The notes under the pieces were generated by a model. That model saw nothing but the letters and a program-made list of their open reading frames with translations. It searched no databases and had not been told where the DNA came from. A stretch of DNA of 64,000 nucleotides. Source: a virus (Duplodnaviria; Caudoviricetes). The position numbers and the translations under genes are program-made. Shown piece after piece: positions 25,067-36,200 of this stretch. The number at the start of each line of letters is the position of its first letter. The stretch's first letter is position 1. The stretch is taken from IMG/VR virus record IMGVR_UViG_3300032290_001086; one strand, written 5' to 3'.

Positions 25067-27202
25067 ATGGAACTACCATCAGTTGCTGCTCTTGAATTTG
25101 AGCAGATAAAAGCATCTATTAAAAATTACATAAAGACTAAAACAGACTTTCAAGATTATGATTTTGAAGGTTCAAACCTTTCAATGCTTGTTGATGTACT
25201 AGCTTACAATACGATGTACACATCGTATAATGCAAACATGATTGCAAACGAGTTAAATCTCGATACTGCAGTCATCCGTGATAACGTAGTATCACATGCT
25301 AAAAAATTAGGATATACTCCGAATTCATATACGTCTTCTAAACTTAGCTGTAATATTTCCGTTACTGGAGTTTCATTGTATGATTCAATAAAAATATTAG
25401 CAGGTCCAGTATTCTCAATAGTTCAAAATAATCAATCATATACTTATATTTTACGTGATGATATTTTAATTAATACTAATAGAAATAATACAGTAAACTT
25501 TGAAAATATTACTTTTCAGGAAGGACTTGAATTTACAATTTCATATGTTGTAGACGAAAATAACGAAAATCAAAGATTTTTTGTTCCCAACAACTTTGTT
25601 GATGTATCTTCTATTACAGTTTCCATTATTGCCGATGAAACTGGAGTTACTCTGAATCAACAAGAATCAGTAGAAGATTTCTACACAAGAAAAACCTCAA
25701 TTGTAGGAGTTTCTTCATCAGATAAAGTATTTTTCATAGAAGAGATTCAAGATCAAAAATACGAAATTGTATTTGGCGATAATGTAATTGGAAGAAAATT
25801 AGAAAATGGTGAAATTGTAATTATTAGATATGTTGTAACTAATGGTTCTGTTTGTAATAATTTTACAATTCTTCCTACTAATTTTGTTGGTACTGTTGTA
25901 GGTTCTAGAACTAGAAATGTAGTACCAGATGAAATTATTCCATCTTCAAATATTGTACCTGCAATATTAGGTAAAACCGATGGAGGTTCTGAATTTGAAG
26001 ACATCAAATCAATTAAATACAGAGCGCCTCGATGGTATTCTGCACAACAACGAGCAGTAACTCCATCTGACTATGAAAGTATTATTCAAACTATCTACGC
26101 AAATTCAGAATTGATTAATATTACAGGTGGAGAGAAACTTTCCCCACCTCAATTTGGAAAAGTAATTATTTGCATTAAACCAAAGGTAGGAGATCTTATA
26201 AGTCAGGGAGAAAAAATTAGAATAGTAAATGAGATTAAAAATTATATTGTAGGATCAATCACTCCTGTAATTATTGATGCAATTCCTTTCTATATTGAAG
26301 TTGAACCTGTAATTGTATATGATCAAACTAAAACTAGAAAAAATTCAGCTCAAATAAAGAGTCTGATTGATAGTGCAATATTAAACTTTAATTTCAGTGA
26401 TGAATTTAAAAATTTTGGTGGAGTTTATTCTTCTTCCAAACTACTTTGTGATTTAGAAGCAATTGATTCATCTATTAAATATATTTTAATTAGAACTTTA
26501 TACAGAAGAGTAATTAATTTATACAATAATATAGAATTTAAATATGAAGTAGATTTTTATACAAAAATTAAGAGTAAACTTTCATCAAAGTATACTCTAA
26601 TTAGTGATTTATTTTGTGTTAAAGGAATCGCTGAGCCAGTATTTTTATGTTCATTAAGCGATGATTTTTCTGGTTGTGATGTGGATAAAAATATTTACTT
26701 ATCTACTGTATCTGGAAGAATAATTTCTAAGGTTGGAGAAATTGATTATGATAGTGGAAAAATTAATTTTACTCTAACTTCATGCCAAGACACTCCAATA
26801 AATATCTATGTAATTCCTGTTTTCCCAGATCTTACTACTGGATTTGATACCTTCCCAGTTCTTGAACAATATCAGTATGAAATTATTGATGTAAATGATG
26901 CTAATAATGATACATTAAATCCAGAACCTGTATTGCCAACTCCATCAAATGATTCAAATGGAGACTCATCTGGCAATTCTCCATTCGATGATGTTCCTGG
27001 AACTACTGTTGTAAATCCAGATGGAAGTGTTACTACAGTAAATCCAGATGGGAGTACAACTACTACGAATCCAGATGGAAGTACATTTACATCTCCACCA
27101 TCCGATGGTGGAACTGGTGGAGAAGGAGATCCAGGAACAGATCCAAATATTAACCCAACACTTGATACATTCACTCCAGAGACTACAAATATCTGCTCAT
27201 GA
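25067..27202 (+). CDS. g6: baseplate wedge subunit gp6
   Basis: DFQDYDFEGSNLS.L.DVLAYNT, FGDNVIG, QQRAVT..DY motifs. Confidence 0.93.
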   Translation: MELPSVAALEFEQIKASIKNYIKTKTDFQDYDFEGSNLSMLVDVLAYNTMYTSYNANMIANELNLDTAVIRDNVVSHAKKLGYTPNSYTSSKLSCNISVTGVSLYDSIKILAGPVFSIVQNNQSYTYILRDDILINTNRNNTVNFENITFQEGLEFTISYVVDENNENQRFFVPNNFVDVSSITVSIIADETGVTLNQQESVEDFYTRKTSIVGVSSSDKVFFIEEIQDQKYEIVFGDNVIGRKLENGEIVIIRYVVTNGSVCNNFTILPTNFVGTVVGSRTRNVVPDEIIPSSNIVPAILGKTDGGSEFEDIKSIKYRAPRWYSAQQRAVTPSDYESIIQTIYANSELINITGGEKLSPPQFGKVIICIKPKVGDLISQGEKIRIVNEIKNYIVGSITPVIIDAIPFYIEVEPVIVYDQTKTRKNSAQIKSLIDSAILNFNFSDEFKNFGGVYSSSKLLCDLEAIDSSIKYILIRTLYRRVINLYNNIEFKYEVDFYTKIKSKLSSKYTLISDLFCVKGIAEPVFLCSLSDDFSGCDVDKNIYLSTVSGRIISKVGEIDYDSGKINFTLTSCQDTPINIYVIPVFPDLTTGFDTFPVLEQYQYEIIDVNDANNDTLNPEPVLPTPSNDSNGDSSGNSPFDDVPGTTVVNPDGSVTTVNPDGSTTTTNPDGSTFTSPPSDGGTGGEGDPGTDPNINPTLDTFTPETTNICS

Positions 27203-30200
27203 GAAACTTAGAAGAAAACCTAGTAGACCTTTCAACTTTAATTGGAAGTCAATTTCCATCTTTTGTTTCACAAAATAATAGAAAATTTATATCATTCTTG
27301 ACTTCGTATTACGAGTCTCTAGAATCTAAATATCAGCCTCTAGATGTTATTTCTAATCTTTTAGATTACTATAACATTAAAAATTTTACTGCGACTGAAC
27401 TAACCGAATATACCGAATTACAAAGTGCAGTATCGTTAACTGATACTATTATTACTGCAGCAAGCACTAAAGGATTTCCCGCAAATAATGGGTACATTAA
27501 AATCAATGGAGAAATAATATTTTACCGATCAAAAACATTAACCACGTTCAATGGTTGTGTAAGGGGAACCAGTGCATTCGTATTGGAAACAGTTCCTTCT
27601 ACAAATGTAATTTTACAAGATAGTGAATTAAATTTAGATACTAAAACAAAAATACATCAGCATAGTGTTGGAGATAAAGTAGAAAATATTGCATCTACTT
27701 TTACATCAGAATTTCTGAGAAGAGTAACTGCGGAGATTTCACCAAATCTTCCAAAAAAATTAGTATCGGATTTAAATCTAAGCAGTTTCTTAACTCAAGT
27801 AAAAAGTTTTTATACTTCAAAAGGAAGTTTAAACTCACATAAAATTTTATTCCGAATTTTATTCAATGATAAGAAGATTAAACTTCGTGTAAGAAATAGA
27901 GGTCGTGGAGCAAAAATAGTTCTAACCAATTACAGTGGAGGGGTTGGATTTCAGCTTCCAGATATTTTAAAAACAAATACTCAAAATGTTTCTGTCGGAG
28001 CAATTAAAATTTATTTAAATTCTGTTGATAATATTGAAGTAAATGATCAAGTAATCAATACTTCACTACAAGAAGAAACTATAGTACTTTCAAAAAATAC
28101 AACTGAAAATTCTATTACAATAAACAATCCAGCAAAATTTACAATTCCTTCCAGCTCTCAAATAAAAATTGTAAGGATTGTTGGGTATTCTATTATTAAT
28201 GGTGGACAAGATTATGATAATAGAAAAGATTCATTTGGAAATTTAATAAATCCGCCAAAAATTGAAGTAATTGGATCTGGATTTGGAATTAAAAATGATA
28301 CAACTAATATTATTCCTCAAACAGCCACAGTAAAAGTTACTGATATTGACTCTTCTGGAGCTATTACTCAAATTAACATTTTTAATAGAGGAATCAGTTA
28401 CGTAGGTCCTATTACATGTAGAGTAAGTGAAAGAACTTTTAATCAAGACCAAATTGTATATAATGAATCAAATACTGGTTCTGGAAGAGTTGAATTCTGG
28501 GACGCTGGTTCAAATGAATTAACTTTATATAATACGTCAGGATATTTCAGAGTAGACGATGAATTAATTGGAGAAGGATTTGAAGAGCCTAGGGCTTTTA
28601 TTTCAAAAGCGTATCCAAGAACAGATATCAATAGAAAGGGCAATCCATCCGTACAAATTATTTCTTTAGATCCTGAACTAGAATTTCCTAAAAACAATAC
28701 TATTAAACCATCTTCATCCACATATTATGGTAAAAAAATTATTCATGGTAAGATAGTAAAAAATAACTTATATAAAACTGTAAATAATACCGTAGTCATA
28801 CCTAGATTACTTTCTATAATTCAACAACAAGATTTAGAGAGTGGAATTAAAGGAGTAAATTTAGAAGTAACTGAATTTAGCAATATTTCAACAGATATAT
28901 TTGAATTTTCAATAGAAGCTAATGCAGATTATAAAAATATTGTTGCTGTACCTTCAACTAAAGTAGTAATTGAAAGAACTGGTACATATAGTCTAATATT
29001 TGGAGGAATTAAATTTGAAACTATTACTGTAGATGACGCAACTGGATTTCCACTAGAACAAGGTTATATCTTTATTGATGGCAGAGTATTCTTCTATCAA
29101 TCTCGTAGTGCAAATCAATTTTTTAATTGTGTCTATGTTAGTGATTATACTAATTCTTTTGTAATTCCAGTAAATACTGAAGTTTATGCATATGGAAAGA
29201 ATACAAAAACTATTCCATTCAATGCAAATGAACCAATAAAAGAAGGTGACTATAGATATGTTGGGAATTATTACTATATTGCATTAAACTCTGGAACTAC
29301 TAGTATTGCATCTCCGTCTCACACTTCTGGAGTTAGAAATATAGATGGAATTTTATGGGAATATAAAGGAAAAAATCTTATTCCATATTTCTTAGACATT
29401 TACACTGATGGTGATTTTACTCAAGAACCAGTACAAATATTACCCCTTGGTTTGATTTCTGATGTAACAGTTGAATCTACAGGATCTTTGTATTCTTCTA
29501 CATCATATGAATTTAATTCAACATTAGAAAATAAGATTACACTACCATCTATAACTTCTTGGAATTTAAATTTAGATTTTACTATTACTTCTAGTACATT
29601 ACCATCATACGAAAATACTACAGGAGTAAACTCTGTATATGTTTATGACGGGTTTTCTTATGTAACTTCTTCTGGAATTCCTCCATACCTACAATCAATC
29701 GTAGGAAGAAAAAATTGCTATAATCAAAAACTTTTAAGAAGAATTCCAATAAGTGTACAAAAAGGAAAAGGAGTAATAACAGAATCTAAAAGAAATGTTG
29801 GAATTACTATAGATGGTATTGAAATACAATCTCCAAAAGGGAATAAGATAAATTATGGTTATTTAAATAAAATTTTTATTGGAAATCCTGGAAACTATAA
29901 AGTTCCCATTTCAAGTTCTGGTGGATATACTCAATTTAATTATCTTAAATATCCAGTAATTCTTGTAGAAGGAAGTAATACAGTACTTACAAATACCTCC
30001 ACAAGAACTCTTTTATATATTTCTAGTAGTCTTTCCAAAGTAGACATTACAAAATTAAGTACATCAGTCTTAACTGGATATACATCAAAGCCAAGAATTG
30101 AAATTATTAATAATAATCCAGCAAATGTAAAAACATTTAATGAATCCAACTTAGATACATTTTTTAGTCTTGTAAATATTACAAATCATGGATTTACTAC

Positions 30201-33200
30201 TGGAGAAAAAATAACATTTACAAGTTCTATAGAAGAGATTGGTCAATTAAGAAATAATTTTATATATTATGTTGGTGATATTACAAATAATTCATTTAGA
30301 TTGTACTTTAATAAGGATGACGCAGTAGAAGGTGGAAATACATTTGTTTCATTTAGAAATAATTTTACTATATTAAATCTAACTGGAGCTATAAAAACTG
30401 ATACTAGAAACCCTGTAGATTTTGAACAAATTGATTTAGATTTAAGTTTTAACGAAACTACAAATATTATTGATAACATTATCATTAAGAATCCAGGAAA
30501 AGGATATTTAAATTCACCAACAATACGAATTGTTGGTGGCGGAAAGAATGCTCAGACTCTTCCACTAGCTACGGCAGATGCAGATATATTCACTTTCCGT
30601 GGAGAATTAATTTCGGGTGCAAATTTTGATAAAGATAATAAACAGGAAATTGATGTATATGGGCTCATAACAACCAGATTTAGAACTACCCCAAGATTAA
30701 CTATTAGTGCAGGATCAAATGCATCTTTTACTGTATTTACTGCAAATGGATCTATAACTTCAGTACCAATAGATAATGCAGGGTTATATTATTTTACTGA
30801 ACCTTCTGTTCAAATTGATGGTGTAGGTACAGGAGCAATTTTACGAGCTAGAAATGATGTTTCTACTGGAAGAATTACTTCAATTGATATCATTAATCCT
30901 GGAACTGGATATACTATATCTCCTGTTGTCCGAATTATTCCCTCTGGAAGCGGTGGTAGTGCATCAGCAGAATTAAGATCTTGGACTTTTAATTTAAGTA
31001 ATAGACTTACTTCAGATGATTATGGTGGATATCTATATAACGTTACAGATGATGATCCAAAACCTACAAATACTCCATCTGATACATTATTAATACCACA
31101 TTTAAATAAAAATAATTTACCTACTGCATTATTTGATGCTCAATATTTAATTTTAAAATCAACAACAAATTTAAATAATTTCTATAATGTTTCTTCTGCA
31201 TCACATTCTCAAATCATAGGGTGGGCATATGATGGAAACCCAATTTATGGAAAGTATGCATATTCTAGTGAATTTGATACTACATCAAATATAGTTAAAA
31301 TGACAACATCATGGAAACTAAGAACAACTAGGGTTGGTGGTCATACTACATCACAGTATCCATTGGGAGTCTTTGTTGAAGATTATGAATATGTAAAAGA
31401 CTATGGAACTTTGGACGAATATAATGGAAGATATTGTATAACTCCAGAATTTCCAAATGGAACCTATGCATATTTTGTAACCGATGAATTTCCATACTTT
31501 GTTGGACTTGAATATTATTCAACTTTGGATCAATTTAACATTTGTAGCGATAGAAGAAATGATAAAGTACCATCTAAATTTACTAGAATTAATCAACAAT
31601 TAAATTCATATTATCCAAAAGAATTCAAAACTACTTCACGTTCTATTGTTAATGTAAATAAAATTACTCCTGGTGGAGTCGATAAAATTGTTGTTGAAGC
31701 TGGAGGAAGTAATTATAAAATTGGAGATAAATTAATTGTAAATAATAGAGAAACTAAAGGAAGTAGTGCCGCTGGGTATGTTTCAAGAATAAAAGGAAAA
31801 AATATATTAGATTACGCATTGTTATCTCTTCAAGATGAAGGAGAAAACTCTGTAAATTATGTTGAAGTAACTACACAAAGTTCTCACGGTCTTGCACTAG
31901 GAGATACAGTGTATTTTGATTTCGCAAAAGATCAAACTGTATATCAAAATATAACCTTACAAGGAAATACCGTATTTTTAAATAGAGCCAAAAATGTAAA
32001 AATTAACACCGCATTTACTTCAAATGCAATCTTTTATTATGACATTGAAGGTCAATTAGTTTATATGGATTCAAATGCAATAAAATTTGAATCTGATGGA
32101 ATAAAAATAAAAACAGATTTAATTCCAGAAATTCTATACCTACTGGTCAATACCAATTTGTACGAGGTAAGAGCAATTGATTATGCAATAAAAGGTCCTC
32201 AAGAAGTTATTAAAATTATTAGTTATAATAAATTTAGAGTACTAAAACCAACTGATTTCTCCGAAGAAGGTATAGATGAAATTTTTTACACCACAGATTC
32301 AATTAATACCATAGGTGAAATTTATACAGCTTCAATTTCAAATAGTGGTTCAAATTATATTTCACTTCCAGAAATTTCTGGTGTCTCCAGCAATACTGGA
32401 AGTGGGGCGTTGTTACAATTTGATTCCAATACTATAGGGCAGTTAAAGAAATTTAATTATTCAATAGTCGGAGAAAAATTTACTACTAATAAAACTATAC
32501 AATATGATTTAGATATTCCGTATGTTGCAAAAATTCTAGGTAACTTTGAAATTTATGAAGTTGAGATAGTTTATGGTGGAGTTGATTATATTTCAACAGA
32601 TAAAATTAAAGTCAACGGTCAAATAAATCCTAATTTTGAATTCAATGTAATCGCAAACCGAGGCACTATTCTTTCAGTTGAAGTTATTAGAGGTGGATTT
32701 AATTTAACATCAATTCCAACATTAACTGTAGATTCTTTAACTGGTACTGGAGCAGTGCTAACTGCAAAGATAAGAAGAAAAAGAATATTCGCTAATGACA
32801 TATTGAAATTAGGAAATAATACAAATGAATCCACTGCTAGTATTAAAAACTTTGATCCATACGGATCCACATTAGAATTTAAAGTACTTTCGGGAGAAGT
32901 TCAAGAATTTGATACTGTATACACATCTGATGGATTTCCATATGGAAAAATAGCTCATATAAGAAAAGCATCTGCATCTGCAAGATCTAATTCATATTCT
33001 TCTATAGCTCCAGAATTTTTAAATAATTATGGATTCCTTAATGATAGTACTCAGAAAATTTTAGATAGTAATTATTATCAAGATTGGTCGTATACATTAT
33101 CTTCTCAGCAAAATATAACTGATTGGAAGCCTGAAGTAGAAAATAATACCCATGCTGCAGGATTTAAAGTTTTTGGTAAAAAGGCAATTCAATCAAGAAA

Positions 33201-36200
33201 ATCAAGATTTGAAAGAACAGAAGATATTGTAAAGAGTTCTGTAGTATTTTCTGCCAATTTCTGGAGTTCTGCTACTACACCAGTTAATTTAGGACTTAAA
33301 CTTTCAAAATGTACCGAACAATATATTGCAATTACTAGAATTGATGGGTTTAATGTTGGTGATTACATTTATGGAGCTTCTAGTGGAGCAAAAGGAAAAA
33401 TTTCTTCTATTGAAGAAAATTATATGGAAGTTCAACTTATTGCTGGGATTGAATTTGAGATAGGAGAATATGTTTCAACTGTTACCATTGATTTTATTAA
33501 TGGGATTGATGAAGAAACTAAATCTAGTTTACTATTTTATAGTGGTATTTTACAACAACCTTTTGTTGCATATTCAGTTTCTGACACTAATATTATTCCA
33601 AAATTTATTGTTAATGACGAAGATGAACTAACTTTGTATACAATTCAAGGAAAATTTGATGTGTTAGATGTTTATGCTGCAAATACTGGTAGTACTATTC
33701 CTCTTACAGCAATTGGACTTCCATTTACTCCTGCAAATAAACAACATTTATTAATCTCGGTAAACGGTATCGTTCAAAATACTTCTGACATTACTTTAAA
33801 CGGTAACATTATCACTATTACAGAATCTTTAAGTAGGGGATCTAGATGTTTCATTTTACATACAAATACTTTAAACCAATTAATATTAACTAGAGTAAAT
33901 TCAACAACATATACAATAAATTATACTCCATCTACATCTCAACAATTAGTATTATTTGTACGTGGTGTCGGTCAGTCCCATCTATTAACTGATTATACGG
34001 TATCTGGAAATCAAATAACATTATCTGAGTCAATTGAAGGTGAGATATTTGGATGGTTTATTAATGAGCCTGTAACTGCACAAAGAATTTTAGCACAAGA
34101 TTTAAATGATAGAAAAATTCTAGATTCAAGAAATTGTACTATTGCAAGGGTAACAGAGTTTATAGAATCTTCTAAAATTGATTATGATTATGGTAGAGAT
34201 TCTATATACGAAGTTAATAAACAATTGATTGATGGAACTTTAGTATCAGATTCGGATAATCAAACTGTATTTGGATTTGACACTAAATTTAAACTTACTA
34301 CTCCAGAATATTCATCAAGTTACGGTGAAGTAATAAATCCTATAGTATTTAATGGAGTAAATACCACTTATGCAATGACTTTCTCTGATGGTAAGCCATA
34401 TACTCCAAAAAATGGAAAAAATTCAGTTATTGTTAATGTCGATAACAAAGTTTTAGATTCTACTCAATATAACATTAGTGGTTCTAATATAACATTTAGC
34501 ACAGTATATAGTTCTTCAAATTATTGTACTGTTACTGACTATATTAGCTCTCATATAGTAAATGATGGAAACCTTTCTAGTGCTAAATTAGATGATCTTC
34601 AAGTATCATTTAATGGAACTAGAAAAACATTTAATTTATCATATAAGGGAGTTCCTCAGTATGTAAGGAATACTACTGATGTGTTTACGATTAAAAATAA
34701 CCTATTTTTGATCCCAGACACAACTTCTCATACAGTAGCTCAAAATAAGATAACATTAACTCAAGCTCCAACTTCTTCTGATAATATTAAATTTGCATAT
34801 TTTAATAGACAATTAGGATTGACTCCAAACACCAATTTAATTATTGATCCTATTCAAACTTTTGACGGAAATTTAGATACATTCCCTATAACTATTGATG
34901 GTGTCCTGTTTACACCTGTTAGTGTTTATAATTTATATGTAATTCGTTCTGGTGTATATCAAAGACCAAATATTGATTTTACTACTAGTACTTCAAATAT
35001 AACATTCTCGCAAGCTCCAGTTACTGGCGAAGAGATTATAATATTCTACTCATACAACAACTTAAATATAAATCAATATCTTACTGATTTTATATCTAAT
35101 GGTAGTTCAAGCACAGTAAATCTTGGAATGATTCCTCCAAATGAAGATGATTTATTTGTACTAAGAAATGGAGTATTTCAAAATCCATTGATTGATTTTA
35201 CTTTAAGTAGTAGTAATTTGACATTTACTACCCCATTAATTTCAGGTGAACCTATTTTTATAATGTATACTACAGCATCAATTAAAATTGGAGTTACAAG
35301 TGCGGTAAATAATACAATTGTATTAAATACTATGGATTATAATACACATATTAATGGTGTGTTAAGTCAAATTCAATCAATGATTTTATATGTAAATGGT
35401 GTTCCAAAAATTTACAACAAAGACTACACCATAAGTGGCACTACAATTACTTTACTCGGACCAGCTATAGATTCAACTACTACTGTATTTGTAATTAAAT
35501 ACCCCAATTTAACATTTGTTGATGATATTGAATATTTCCCTGATGGAAACAGAACGAGATTTAAGCTTCTCTATAATGGTCAAAACTTAACTCAATCTGA
35601 AATATTAAGTGATGCTGATATTTTAATTAGTAAAAATGGAATTATACTAGATCCTGGAACTCAATATAATATTAATGTAGCTAGAACTTTTGTTGATTTT
35701 ACTATTGCTCCTCTTGCAAATGATAATTTAGTTGCAATTAAAATGAATAATAGTGTTCATGTTCCTTTAACATTAGTAAATGGAAATACTTACTCTACTA
35801 CTGCAAATATCACAAGTTATAACTTAAAAAATGTCGTAATATTTTCAAACAATACCTGGAAATTTTATGATGCTGGCGATTTCACATACAACTTCACCAA
35901 TTCTAGATTTACTTTATCCTCTTCACATACAACAGGAGTTTTATTTGGAATTATTTTTGATGGGGATTTTAAATATCTAGATCAACTTAATACTCCATTT
36001 AATGGAACAAATAACTTATTCAATATGTTTATAGGTGAAGAGAATTTTATTCCAGATACATATACAAGTTTAACCCCTGTCGCTTCAAATATTGTAATTA
36101 ATAAAAATGGTAAAATTCTAGATCCAGGTGTTGAGTATACATTGAACGGAACCATTGGAAGTCAAGTTCAATTTTCTGTTGCTCCTATAAGTTCAGATAA

